Assembly (NCBI GenBank): GCA_965240325.2
Contig: OZ251230.1
Span: 372,001 to 436,000 of the forward strand
Source of the DNA: Rebecca billardiae RCC1528
Lineage: Eukaryota; Protista; Haptophyta
DNA: 64,000 nucleotides
Direction: 5' to 3'
Each line of letters begins with the position of its first letter. The first letter of the stretch is position 1. This document shows positions 32,989-45,001 of this stretch, piece by piece. Both the position numbers and the translations under genes were made by a program. Below the pieces are notes generated by a model. That model had not been told where the DNA came from, made no database searches, and saw nothing but the letters and a program-made list of their open reading frames with translations.

Positions 32989-34568
32989 TAGCGTCTTAAT
33001 TAACCCAGCCTTTATGGCGGGCCGTTTTTATATGGCGGGCCTAGGCCACTTCACCGAAATCCAGGCTGGCCCGCTGGGCAGGATCTCCGCCGCACTCCGA
33101 GCTCCCACTGGGGACGCTCGGCCGAAAAAGGGGTCGGCCATGGCGCGGAGCGCGTGGGCGCCGCGCGCCAGATCCAACGCCGGCGCGGACATCGTGAGAG
33201 GACCCCCGAGGGGAGGTTTCGCCCGATTCGCGATTGCTGCCCTCGTCGTCTCGCGTGCAGGTCAAACGAGGGCTAAAGTGAAAAGTCGCAGTCAGCCGGC
33301 GCGTCTGGAGGCACGCTCGGCGCGTCGACACGATCGTGCGACCTGGGGCGGTCCTCGCCCGACTTGCACGTCGAGCGCTCGCACAGGCCATAGCATCAAG
33401 CGCTGCGCACAACAGCCACCTCGCGCGATCCACCGCCGCGCGTCGGGCTCGGTGCGGAAACGCCCTCATCACGAGGTGTCTCGCGGGCGGGAAGCGCCAT
33501 CGCACGCGACGCAAGATTTGGCGCGGCCTTCTGAACTCGATCGCCGGAATCCGCGCACCGGACTCAGTCGTCGCTCGCGGTCCCTCAGCCGAAGCCCACG
33601 TCCGGCCTGCATGGCGTCGACGGTGACCAATGCGACGGAAGCGCAGCGCCAACGGCGTACGACGCGCAGCGGACGCACCTCCCGGGTCTGTCGCCGTGGC
33701 AGCAACCATGTCTTCGCGAGTTGGCGACCCTCGCCGCAGCGCGACACAGACAAGCCCGTGATGCCATCCGCAGAGAGATGAATCGTCGAGCATGCAACAT
33801 CGCCGCGCCATCCTCGTCCATGGCGCAGGCGCTGCGGGACGAGGCGGACGTCGTCACGCCGGTGACGGATGCGCTGCGATTCGTGTGCCCGCGTGAGCAG
33901 CTCGTGCCCACTCTCGATCGCGAGTGGCACACGCTGTCGCTGTGCGCGCGCGCGCGCACAACCAACAGCTCCTCGTGCCGCCAAACGCGCAGGCGCCAGA
34001 CCTGTCGAAAAGGCGAAGAGCGACGACCGCGTGAACGTCAACGCGCTCGTGCTCAGCGTGGCGGCCGTGTACGATGTCAACGCGACCTGCGCCGAGCCCA
34101 TCATGCCCGGAGCGGACATCGGCAAGCGTCTTCGCGACGACCGCTCTCGGCTGGCGGCAGGAGGACATGCACACAATGTACTCTGGCGGCTTCGTCGGTG
34201 GCGAGGCGCTCGATTACGCCATCGCGGTCGAGATGCGGCACATACAGCGCGTACCCGCGCTCGCGGCCTCGCGCGGAGCAACGCGCTACCCGCCCCGCCC
34301 CGCGTGCTGCACATTCCCTCGTGGGTGTGGGCCTCGCTGATGCGCGCGAACGCGTACCGGCGTACCGCACCGCGTGGGAGAACTTCACAGGTGTCACTGG
34401 TCCGACTGTCCGTCACCCGGCCACGAGCGAATGCTGTGGAAAGACGACGCGAACCCGCAGAGGAAACATTGCGACAGCACTGGCACGGCCCGCCGACCCC
34501 CCCGCCCGCCAGGGCACAGTTTTTCAGTATGACTATGAGTAACTGCGGCGGCTTTAATTAATACGCTA
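32989..34568. mobile_element. Candidate degenerate TIR element carrying a gene relic
   Basis: Inverted ends TAGCGTCTTAATTAA and (reverse complement) TAGCGTATTAATTAA. Subterminal ATGGCGGGCC x2 on the left (33014, 33032) and inverted GGCCCGCC/GCCCGCCA on the right (34487, 34504). Confidence 0.4.
33611..34395 (+). pseudogene. Frameshifted gene fragment, weakly Ulp1/SENP (peptidase C48)-like
   Basis: EDMHTMYSGGFVGGEALDYAIAVEM followed in another frame by RVLHIPSWVWASLM resembles the Ulp1 DL..L....WLNDEIIDFY ... VHIFSSFFYTKL pattern; no catalytic part seen. Confidence 0.3.
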
Positions 34569-34599
34569 ATACTAATAGTCGCAGCGTCGCGTACGACAG

Positions 34600-34782
34600 T
34601 TTATTTATGTTTTAACGTGCGTAAGGCTCACGGTGGCAGGTTGCCGCGCCATCCTTCAGCGCACGCTCTCCGAAGAGAGACCTGGAATAAACTGGTTTTG
34701 AACCCGCATGACCTCAGAGGCAAGAGCACGCCAACGGGCGGAACGGCGGCAACGGGTACTCTCCCACTCGGCCACAGACCGG
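34600..34782 (-). ncRNA. tRNA-derived Pol III element (SINE-like or small structured RNA)
   Basis: Minus strand: A-box TGGCCGAGTGG (34774-34764), B-box GGGTTCAAAACC (34705-34694), CTCTC-TTCG-GAGAG hairpin, A-rich tail TTAAAACATAAATAAA. T-stem and acceptor stem do not pair, so not an intact tRNA. Confidence 0.5.
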
Positions 34783-34803
34783 CGTTCTGAATCTCAAATT
34801 ATT

Positions 34804-34805
<2 letters not shown>

Positions 34806-34853
<48 letters not shown>
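34806..34853. repeat. (TA)n microsatellite
   Basis: Direct reading. Confidence 0.95.
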
Positions 34854-34857
<4 letters not shown>

Positions 34858-36283
34858 GATTGTGGAACGATTTTGACGAGCAGGCGGGTTTTTCGCCCGG
34901 CCCTAGGGCGAGGCAGTGCTGAGTGCGGAATCGGCGAGCGAACTACTTTATAATATAAGTAGTCAGGTGACGCCTTGCTGGCTGATGGGTCTAGTACCGA
35001 AGGGGGGCCCAGTACACCTCTGATGAGGCCTGAGGGTGTGGTGCTCGGAACTCGCGCGCGCGCGCGCGCGCGCGCGCGCTCGCGGGGTGCGTCGACGGGT
35101 CGACTCAGACTGACCCCTATCGTTCGGTGCCTCTCTTGTGACGTGCTGCTGCTGGCCCCTGAGCGCTCGCAGTCCGCCCGCTGGCACTCGCCGGCGCGCT
35201 GGTGGTGTGGGCACGCACCATCGACCCCGCAGCCGCCGGGGCCAACGTCTTGCCCGCGCGAACCCGCTCCACGATGAGTGAAGCTGTCGACGAGCGTGAG
35301 TCCGCTATCGACGATCACCCGCGGGTGGCGCCCGAGCCACCACCGATACCACCGCTTCCAGAGTATACTCTGGAGCGCGTCGAGAAGGGCGCGCCGCTAC
35401 GCAGGGAGAGAGGTGCTGCATCGACGCAGATCTGCCGCTTGGTCGGCGCGAAGCTGATGAGCGCCATCTCCACGACCCAGTCAGTGAGCATGTGCGCCGG
35501 ACTGTCACTGCTGAATGCTGATGAGCCGGGCTTCCGCCCTGGCGGACTCGACAAGCTGGGACTCTGGAGAGTAGGTGCAATCCGCGAGTAGGTGCACAGC
35601 TCCGAAAGAGCCTCGGCGCGCGGTTCAAACGACTGGACGCACGTGTGCACGTCCGCCCCCGTACGCCCTGACCACCTGGGCGCCCAGTGGCGCACATACC
35701 ATGCAGCGCATCCACCGCCGCATCTGCAGCTCGTCAGCCGACCCGCACGGTGCACGCTGGTGCATGGCTGGAGCGTGAGGAGAGACGCGACGAGCTCATC
35801 AAAGGGCGGGCCAAGAGGCCGGCGCACGTGCTTTGACCACCCGACATGCGCTCCGGACCGTGCCGTACGCGGTCGGCGAAGCACGAAGCCTGGCCACACT
35901 GACAAGCAGCCATGGCCGTTATAGCTCGCATCACGTGGTTATGATTTCGTCCCTTGCAAGCACCCAAAACGCGAGATCGGCGTCGCCGGGACTCGCCGCC
36001 GCCGCCGGCAAGGCGGCAACGGCAAGCTTGGCTGAATTATATATTATATTCGGTCAAGGTTCGCCGACGGCGAACGGGCGAGATGTTGCGCTCGCTCTAT
36101 GCGGCGAAGCGACGTGACCACGGCGAACCATATATTCCGACGGCGAGCCGCAGCCAATCAGCGCGTCGCGCGCAGCGCAGCCATAGTAGTCCCAGCCAGA
36201 AACGCCGCGCCGAATCGCACGGCAACACGGGTGGTGCACGAGCCAACAGCAGGAGCACGCCGCCGGCCCCGTCGACGAGCACA

Positions 36284-38203
36284 ATGGACGAGAATCCGCT
36301 GAAGCAGTATGAGTGGATGGTGGTGATCGGCGCGTTCTTCGCCTTCTTCACCGCGTTTGGTGCGTGCGCGTCGCCCCGGTCACGCTGCGTGGCAGCCCCC
36401 TTGCCTCCTCCCTGCATGCCGTGCGCGCGCGCCTACCGTGGACTGGAGTTGACAGCGCCAGATCGTGGACGCGGTGGCTGCCTCGTTGCCTGCCCGCTCC
36501 CTACCTGCCGATCGGCGCGTGCGCCTGAAGCTCCCGCCTCCACGCATCCTGCCCGCCCGCCCGCGCTCACCCCTTCCAACCCGCCCCCGCCCAATCGCGC
36601 CACGGTGCGCTTGCGCAGGCATCGGCGCCAATGACGTCGCAAACGCCTTCGCCACGTCGGTCGGCTCGAAGGCGCTGACGATCCGCGACGCGATGATCAT
36701 CGCCGCAATCTTCGAATTCCTCGGCGCCGTCCTGCTCGGCGGCCACGTCTCGGACACCATCCGCAAGGGCATCGCCGACCAGGAGTGCTTCCGCGGGTTC
36801 CCGGCGGCGCTCATGTGGGGCATGGTGGCGGTGTGCCTGTGCACCGGGATCTGGCTGTACATCGCGACGTTCCTCGAGCTGCCCGTGTCGACCACGCACT
36901 CCGCCGTCGGCGGCGTCGTCGGCGCGGCCCTCGTCATCGTCGGCGGCGACTGCATCGTGTGGGCGGGCACGTCGAGCACGTTCCCGTTCGTGAAGGGCGT
37001 GGCGTCGATCGTGATGTCGTGGGTGTTCTCGCCGGTGCTCTCGGCGGTGCTCGCCGCGCTCATCTACGTGATCACGCGCCAGTTCGTGCTGCGCGCGCCC
37101 AACTCGACCGAGATGGCGCTGCGCACCTACCCGCTCCTCCTCTGGTTCTGCACGGCGCTGATCCTCTTCTACCTGCTCGTGAAGGGCGCCAAGGGCCAGA
37201 ACGACGCGCTGGGCTGGGACCCGGAGGACGAGGACCTGCCGATCGCGATCGGGGTGTGCGTCGGCGGCGGTCTGCTCTGCGCGCTCCTCTCGCTCGCCTT
37301 CAAGCCCTTCCTCCGCCGTAAGAGCGAGGAGGAGCCCGACAACGACGAGGACATCAAGCAGCAGGAGGTTGCGCGGCAGCAGGCGATTGCCGCCGATCAG
37401 GTCAACATGGAGGAGAAGCCCGGCGTCCTGTCGTTCATCACGAGGGCGCTCGCCACGGACGTCGACCAGATCGTCGCCGAGAACTCCACCGTCGCCGACA
37501 TCCACGCGCAGGCCGAGAAGTTCTCGCCCAAGACGGAGATCGTCTTCAAGTACATGCAGGTCGTGACGGCGGCGCTCGACGCGTTCGCGCACGGCGCCAA
37601 CGACGTGGCCAACGCCATGGGCCCGTTCGCCGCGATCTTCTTCATCTACCAGTCCGGCGGCAACTTCTCGAAGAAGAACGACGTCGGCAACAACATGTAC
37701 TGGATCCTCGCCATCGGTGGCCTCGGCATCGTGACGGGTCTCGGTGCGGAGCGCCGCCACCGCCGCGCCTGTGCTGGTGCGCTGCCTGCAGCCACGCGCG
37801 CCGCTGAACGCTCACCCGCGCACCCCGCTCCGCTGCCCGGCTGCGCGCAGGCATCTATGGCTACAAGATCATGTACGCCATCGGCATCAAGCTCGCAAAG
37901 ATCACGCCGTCGCGCGGCTTCTCGATCGAGCTTGGCGCCATGTTCGTCGTGCTGCTCGGCTCGCGCTTCGGCATTCCGCTCTCGACGACACACTGCCAGG
38001 TCGGCGCGACGATGGGCGTTGCCGCCACCGAGGGCAGGCTCCACGCGACCAACTGGAGCATTGTCGGCAAGACAATCCTGGGCTGGATCTTCACGATGAT
38101 CGTGAACGGCTCGTTCACCGCAACGATCACGGCCATCGGCATGGCCGCCATCCGCTGGGACCCGGTGACGAACTCCAACCTCCCGGAGAACTGGCAGCAG
38201 TGA
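36284..38203 (+). CDS. PiT/PHO4 (SLC20) family inorganic phosphate transporter, 517 aa
   Basis: Exons 36284-36359, 36619-37743, 37851-38203. Two GANDVAN signatures, PVSTTHS, PLSTTHCQVG, KITPSRGFSIELG. Confidence 0.95.
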
Positions 38204-39125
38204 GCATGGTCCGAGCACGGAGGCTTAGATTTCGGATCTATTGACAGGGTCCAGCCGCGCTGCCAGCTCGGCGTGAGCCGAGACGCGATCGAGGCGAGAC
38301 GTCTGTCGGTCAGAGTCGCTGGCGGAATCGCCCGAGACCGTGAGTGTCGTCGCACGCGGCCTCGGGCTTAGCTTGATTTTTTTCAAAAAAAATAGGCCAG
38401 CAGTAGTTTCAGTGATCAGTCTAAATTTCAGTGACGTCATATCTGCCGATACTGATTAATTCGTCATTAAACTGAAAATTAATATAAAATTATACGACTG
38501 CTGTAAAATCGCAGTGTGCATTATTATTAATGTGTCGTGTCGCGCGCGCGTCGACGCCAGACGGCGGTGCGTCGAGCTTCCGCTCGGCGATGGAGTGATG
38601 GGCGTCAGACTACGACTACGAGCCGAGGGGGGGGGACGTGACGGCGAGGACGGAGCCGGAGGAGCGCAGTCAGCGCTGTTCCTGGTGTTTGTCTCATAAT
38701 AATTGCAGGCTGCTGCTCGATCTGCGCTTCTAGTCCTACAGCTGTCAGCTAACTCAGCTTGCTGACTGACTCTGACGCCTGCCCGTTGCATACCACGTCG
38801 TTAATTAACGTGTCACATGACTCTGATGATGATGAAGTATCAATATTAATTACTCAGAGTATAACTAAAACTCAGCAGATGATCGAAAGCAGCAGTCTGC
38901 GGTGTCGCCTAGCTCAGAACAAAGCCCGGATGAGCCGACCGGCCCGCGTGACGACTAGTCCGCCCACTGCAGTCTTACGGTCCGGTCCGGCCATTAAAAT
39001 TTTATTAATATAAAAATAGGGCGGGGCGGTCAGGTCCCGCTGTCCAAACTGCAAACGCGGCCCCCGACGGGCCGCACTCACGGTCACACTGGCACTGCGG
39101 CCTGGCAAATTACTTAAAATAATGT

Positions 39126-39164
<39 letters not shown>

Positions 39165-39167
39165 ATA
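39126..39167. repeat. (TA)n(TG)n compound microsatellite
   Basis: Direct reading. Confidence 0.9.
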
Positions 39168-39517
39168 CAGAATTCACGCGTGTCACGATCTGTCCGATTC
39201 TGTCATCAAGTCCTATAAGTATAACCTATTCCTAAGGCCGAAGTTACCCCGAAGGCGGTGATAGTATATACGTTAATATATTTATAATAAGCAGTTATTA
39301 TAATATTTTATTATTATAACGATGACTACTGACGATGATTGCATTAGCGTAACCGAAGTTACTCGTCATGACTGCTCATCAACTTCAACTTGATGAAACT
39401 GCTACACAGACACAGTGCGTCCTGATGATATGACATGTGCGCGGCTCTGAAACTCATCATCGATGAGTCATCATCAGACACATCATATCGGTCATGCAGA
39501 CCGTGATGCTCTCAACA

Positions 39518-40546
39518 TCACTTTGCATCCGATTGCGGGCCGCTACTCGCACTGCCGAAATCGGGCATGCCGAAGTTCCTGTCCGCGAGCGCCAGCTCCT
39601 CGGCAAACTCGCGCCAGTTCGGCACGCGCGTGCTGCGCCGTGCGATCTTGCCCGACTTCTTCACCGCGAGGGTCAGCCCGAGCGCGGCCGCGTCGAAGCC
39701 CTGCTTGCGTGCCGTCGCGACCTCCGTGCGCAGCCAGCTATCCCACGCCGCCGGCCCGCGGGTGAGCGCAAACGGGCTGTCGGCAGTGGCCTCGCCCAGC
39801 ATCTCGAGCTCGGTTGCAAGCGCGCCGCCGGCGCTGCCGCTCGGGTCGACTGCCGCAGTCTGCGCGTCGAGCAGAATGGGGACCACCACGATCTCGTTGT
39901 CGACGAGCAGCTGCGCGCAGCCGCGCGCCGACTCGACGGCGGCGGTGTACACGTCAGGCCCGCCTGCGACGATCACGACGCGTGTCTCCTTGCGCAACGC
40001 TGACATCGGCAGGTTGGCCGGCGCGCCGCCGGCGAGCGACGGCGCGCGCGTGAGCTGGAGCGCGGCGAGCTCGCCCCCGCGCGCGATGCGCGCGAGCTTC
40101 GAGCGCTGCGCGCGCGCGTCCCACCAGAAGGACGTCGCGGCCGCGCCGATGACGCCGATGTTGATAGCCAGGTTGGGCAGCACCTCCTCCAGCGGCTGCA
40201 GGCACACGCCGCCGAACGCGCAGGCCGCGGCGCGGCTGCCGGCGATAACGGTGGCCACGCTCGCGCTCACGGCAGAGAAGCCCGCCAAAGTTTGCCTCAC
40301 CTTGCGGAAGGGCGACTCGATCTCCTCGCGCAGCAGCTGCTTGGGCGTGTAGGTGGAGGCGCGCCGCGCCTGCTCCTGCTCGCCCTCGCCCGGCGTGGCG
40401 AGGACGATCGGCGCGCGCGGGGCATGGGCGAGTGCGACGCGCCGAATGGGCGCGCGCGTGCGGCCCGCCGCGACGTGCGACGCGAGTGCCACCGGGAGGA
40501 GCGCCACCAGCGCGAGGACGAGATGCGCGCGCCCAGTCGTTGCCAT
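39518..40546 (-). CDS. LPA1: Low PSII accumulation 1-like (DUF3493) plastid protein
   Basis: Signal + transit-like leader; LREEIESPFRKVR, two TM segments ending AINIGVIGAAATSFWWD, C-terminal WDSWL...QGFD...VKKSGKIARRS...PNW. Confidence 0.75.
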   Translation of the reverse strand: MATTGRAHLVLALVALLPVALASHVAAGRTRAPIRRVALAHAPRAPIVLATPGEGEQEQARRASTYTPKQLLREEIESPFRKVRQTLAGFSAVSASVATVIAGSRAAACAFGGVCLQPLEEVLPNLAINIGVIGAAATSFWWDARAQRSKLARIARGGELAALQLTRAPSLAGGAPANLPMSALRKETRVVIVAGGPDVYTAAVESARGCAQLLVDNEIVVVPILLDAQTAAVDPSGSAGGALATELEMLGEATADSPFALTRGPAAWDSWLRTEVATARKQGFDAAALGLTLAVKKSGKIARRSTRVPNWREFAEELALADRNFGMPDFGSASSGPQSDAK

Positions 40547-40663
40547 CGCGACCCGTCTTGCGCCCGGGCGCGAAGCTGCCGGAGGCTTCCAGCTTGCTTC
40601 CAGTCGGGTCGTCCACGTCTCCACAGGGAAGCGCCCTGCTCGGCGTGGACGGCGTTGATCGCG

Positions 40664-41843
40664 ATGGGCCAGTCGCAAAGCGGAACTGCCGCGGCCACGG
40701 CGGAGGCGCCCTCCGGCGCGGCGGCCGCTGTGTCGGGCGGCTGCCCCGTCATGCAGCGCAATCGTAGCGGGAAGGCGGGCGCGGAGCTCGATCCGAAGAA
40801 CCAGATGCCCGCGCAGCCCAACCAGCAGCCCGCGCCGGGCCAGACGCGCGAGCTGCCCACCGAGCGCGTGCCGTCGACGATTCCACAGGCCGACGGGCAG
40901 ACCAAGTGGGTGTACCCGTCCCCGCAGATGTTCTACAATGCGCTCCACCGCAAGGGCAAGGCGACGGGAGAGGAGGAGGCGCACATGGAGGCAGTCGTCG
41001 CGATCCACAACAACATGAACGAGCGAACGTGGCGGCAGATCTTGGAATGGGAGCAGAAGTACCACAGCGACTGCGCCCACCCGTCCCTCGCGCGCTTCGT
41101 CGGTCGGCCCGACGACCTCTCCGTGGAGGCGCGCGTCCGCTACTGGCGCACGGGCGACCGCCCGTTCGACCGCCACGACTGGTTTGTCAACCGGTGTGGC
41201 CGCGAGGTGCGGTACATCATCGACTACTACGACCGGCCGGAGCAGCACGCGCACGATCAGCTGCCGAGCCTGCATGACGAGACGTCCGTCAAGTCCATCG
41301 AGCTGAACGTCCGGTGCGCCTCGCCAAGTGCGCGGCGCCCTTGCCTGTGCACGCGCCGCCGCCGTGCTCACAACCCACGTCCCATCCGCTCCACCCGGGC
41401 CCCCGCTCCCCACACCGCGCGCCCTCAGTCCGGCGCTCGACTCTCTCGAAGCGGCAGCCGACCGGGCGCAGCACGCCGCGGCAAACGCGTCCCTCGCCCA
41501 GCTGCTCCCATCGTCGGGTTCGGCCACGGGCGACAGTGCTCCCTCGCCCAGCGCCCAGTCGTCGTCGCCTGTGTTGGCTGAGCTGCGTGAAGGCTGCGCC
41601 GTGCAGCTCGCTGCGGTGGCCAAGTGCGACTCAGACGAGGCGTGCGTCAAAGCGCACACGGCCCTCATGCTCTGCATGGCGTCCGCGTCGAAGGTGTGCA
41701 AGCCCCAGGCAGACGCATTCACCAAGCTGGCAGATGCCACTCCGCCAGCAGATGCACAGGGGCTCGAGCGTGCGTTCGGGGACATGCAGACGTGTATGTC
41801 CAAGTTTGCTGCTGCAGCGAGAGCGCAGCAGCAGACACGATGA
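40664..41843 (+). CDS. HCCS: Holocytochrome c synthase (cytochrome c/c1 heme lyase), 354 aa
   Basis: Exons 40664-41313 and 41429-41843. CPV heme-regulatory motif, WVYPSPQMFYNALHRKG, IHNNMNERTWRQILEWE, PFDRHDW, RYIIDYY; splicing restores VRPALDS. Confidence 0.93.
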
Positions 41844-42853
41844 TTGCGCGCGGTCTCGGGTCTGGACTACTAAGCGACATCGATTTAGCGAGTCTCACCA
41901 GCAGCAGCTCAGGACAGTGTCCGGGTCGTCATCGCGGCGCCCGATTCCGCACCAATTGCTCAGTATATATAGCTGATGAGTATTACTGACGACATAATAA
42001 CATATATGCCGATATTATATGTTTAATGTTATATATAATCTACGCGTGCGCGGAACTCAGAGTACTTGATCGACCGCCAGCCGCCAGTCGCCTGACCCGG
42101 CAGTGAGTGAGTGACTGCTGCTAGCTGTTATTCATTCATTAATTAGCGGTGCCCGGGGACGGGGTCAGCCGCGCCGGAGTTATCCCGCGCGGTGTCAGTG
42201 CCGGCACCCGCGCGTCCCGCGCCCACACAGCACACTCCAGTCCACAGCCGTCGCCGCGTCGCCCCGCGGGCCCGGTCCTGCGCCGCGGCGCGGGCAAACT
42301 GGTCAAGACTTCCCGCGGACTCGCTACACGCCTACAGTCTCGGACTACTGACCTGGATAGTGATATACTCACTCTGACTCTGAGTAGTGATGCGTGAGTA
42401 CTCCGAAGTCTATTCTGAATCTGAGTCCGCCGAGTCGTAACGTAACTAGTTAGTCGTCCGTCGCGGCGCCTCGCGGATCGTCGGCCGATGGACCAGTCGG
42501 ACTGTGAACGAAGTCGGAACGGTTAGGACGGTAGAAAGTAGTTCGTGAGCATATACCAACTACGCGGCGCCAGGCTCGTCGTCAGCCTCGTCGGAGCCTC
42601 TGGCTCGGAGGGCGTCGGGGGCCGTCCGCGTCACCGGTGCAAGATCGCCCAATTGCGGGCGCGCGTCGCGAGTCGTCGAATCCGATCCGGAAGCCGGCGG
42701 CGACGCTGCACGGCAACGCGCTGTCGCCCTGGACTCGCTGCAATACCCATCCAGAGGGCGGAAGGCGTCGTAGAGCAGCAGCGCGAGTGTGGCTCGGCAC
42801 AGGTGCCACCCAGATGGCCCAACACCCTTGCTCGCGCCGCGCGCCCGGCCGGC

Positions 42854-44050
42854 TCATGCAGTCTGCGGACACGACCACTCGTCATCGAGCAGGTCGTACT
42901 GCACGAGGCTGAGCGCGCGCACGCGCGGGTTGAGCTCGGTGGCCGAGTCGACGAAGGCCTCGCGCATCACCGGGTCGTCCTTCATGCTCGCGCAGTGCTT
43001 CTCCACGTACTTGGCGTTCGGGTGCGGCTTCACGCTGGCCGCGACGCGCTCGGCCAGCTCGGGCTGCGGCGGCAGGCCCAACCACTCCCACAGCTGCGAC
43101 ACGTGCGTGACCGGCTCGCGCGCCAGCGCCTCGAGCGTGAGCACGCGCGCGTGCTGCAGCCTCGGCACGTCCGCCTCGAGGTACTCGTGGATCGCCAGCC
43201 AGTTGAGCACGAGCTGCGACAGCCGGTCGTTCTGCACGAACGGCAGCGCCTTGTGCGCAAACGCGTTGCCGAGCGGGTGGCGGCTGATGAACACGAAGCG
43301 CGCGACCGAGCGCCCGCCGCCAAAGTCGGGGGGCACGGGCACCCATGGCGCGTTGCCGAGGTTGAGCACAGCCTGCAGGTACGTCGAGAGCACCACGTTC
43401 GGCGGCGACTTCTCCAGGAGCACCGGCTTGTCCGCCGAGAGCTCCCAGAAGCGGCCAAACTCGTTGAGCAGCTGCGCCTGGTGCTCGGCCGTCACCTTGT
43501 GGTGGCCCTCCGTCCAGTGCACGTTGGCCTCCTCGCCGAGGGCGTACCGGCCGAGGCCGAGCGGCTTCCACTTGCGCGGCCGCGAGAACTCCTGCCCGAC
43601 GCCGAAGCGGGGGTACACGTTCTGCACGAAGATGCCCTCGGAGTAGTCGGCGCCCGACTGGTGCTGCTCTCCAAAGTGCGAGATCGACGGGTGCTCGCGC
43701 ACGAGCTGCCAGAGGAGGGAGGTGCCGCTGCGGTGGGGCCCGCCGATCATCACGATCGTGCGGTTGCGAAGCATCTCCTGCCACTCCTCCGCCGTGTGCT
43801 TCAGCCGCGTGAACTCGTCTGGCATGAAGAAGGTCGGGCCGTAGAACCAGTACGCGAGCGCGGACGGCACGAGCAGCGCGACAAAGAGGATGGAGAAGAT
43901 GAAGACCTGGGTGCGTGTGAAGGTGCCGGAGCGCGCGGGCGCGGCGGGCGCCGCCTTGCCCGCGTCCTTGGCCGCGCCCGCCGACGCAGCCGCCGGAGCA
44001 GCCGCGCGCGCGCCGCGGCGCCGTAGTTTGTCCTTGGATGCTTCCGGCAT
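42854..44050 (-). CDS. Type II membrane (Golgi) sulfotransferase, Sulfotransfer_3-like
   Basis: TM anchor VFIFSILFVALLV; PAPS loop MIGGPHRSGTSLL; LLEKSPPN; RFVFISRHPL. Confidence 0.85.
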   Translation of the reverse strand: MPEASKDKLRRRGARAAAPAAASAGAAKDAGKAAPAAPARSGTFTRTQVFIFSILFVALLVPSALAYWFYGPTFFMPDEFTRLKHTAEEWQEMLRNRTIVMIGGPHRSGTSLLWQLVREHPSISHFGEQHQSGADYSEGIFVQNVYPRFGVGQEFSRPRKWKPLGLGRYALGEEANVHWTEGHHKVTAEHQAQLLNEFGRFWELSADKPVLLEKSPPNVVLSTYLQAVLNLGNAPWVPVPPDFGGGRSVARFVFISRHPLGNAFAHKALPFVQNDRLSQLVLNWLAIHEYLEADVPRLQHARVLTLEALAREPVTHVSQLWEWLGLPPQPELAERVAASVKPHPNAKYVEKHCASMKDDPVMREAFVDSATELNPRVRALSLVQYDLLDDEWSCPQTA

Positions 44051-44737
44051 TGTGGTGTGCAGTGCAGTGCCGCGCGCGGTTCCACCCGTCCCAGCCCAGT
44101 ACGCCAAGCTCCGTCGGGGGCCGGCCACTGACTCGGCGAAAACATTTGAAAAGAAATGGCCGTCCGCCGCGCGGGCAGCTTCGCCCTGGTCGTGCGCGTG
44201 CGCGTAGGCGAGGGCTATGCGACGGCGCGCCAGGTGGGCTGGTCTGGTAGTACCTCGGAACCCCTTCCGGCGCTCATGTCTCGGCTTCTCGGCGTCTTCT
44301 GCGCCCATGCTCACTGGCCGAGTTGATGCGTTTCGACAACAGGCCGGCAGGCGCCTACGCCGCCGCTTCATCGCACATGGTGTGCTGCAGGAGCCAGGCG
44401 CGCGCTATCTGAAGAGAGAGGCAGTGTATGTGCTTCATATGCGCGCACGCTCAAGGCACCATTCAAGCTCGTGTCGCGGGCAGAAGCAGACTCAGTGGGC
44501 AACGCTTGGCTTTGGCGACGGAGTTGCAGTCGAGCCGTGCTAGCAGGCGGAGGAGGGCCAAAGGCGGCACATGCCAGCCCCGCCGAATGTCACTTACGCG
44601 TGTGGACTGACGATGAGCGCAACGCGCCGCCGCTCCGGCCATCTCAGCCGCCGCCGTCAAGCGCGCGCGACGGGCGCTGTGACGGGCCTTGGTGCTCATC
44701 TCGCCTCGAGGCGGACCTGCGCGCACTGTGTCCGGTG

Positions 44738-44766
44738 GAGTTTAGGTACCGTCGGTACCTAAACTC
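44738..44766. repeat. Perfect 13-bp-arm palindrome between divergent genes
   Basis: GAGTTTAGGTACC-GTC-GGTACCTAAACTC. Confidence 0.85.
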
Positions 44767-45001
44767 GCCCCCGGACCGGGACGGGCTCAGGGGCTTTCTG
44801 GGACGGGTGGAAGCGGGAAGCCCGGATGAACCTGCCCCCTGTGCGGCCGTGCCGGACTGGGCGGGGAGATCGCCCGGACTGAGAAGCCTCACTCACCGGA
44901 CCACGCTTTTCCCGCTTCCGGGAGAAAAGCCCGCCTTCGCCCTTCGCGCGCGCCGGGCGTGGCTCCGCGAGCGACCCCGAGCGCCAGGACGACGAGTCGC
45001 G

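Noticed and set aside
35275-35924. Two in-frame ORFs separated by one TAG (readthrough or pseudogene)
   Set aside because: No recognisable domain and weak codon bias.
39422-39478. Hammerhead-like CTGATGA...GAAA-stem-GTC arrangement
   Set aside because: Stem III pairs, but stems I and II do not; the 3' flank pairs with the core itself, so it is a simple inverted repeat.
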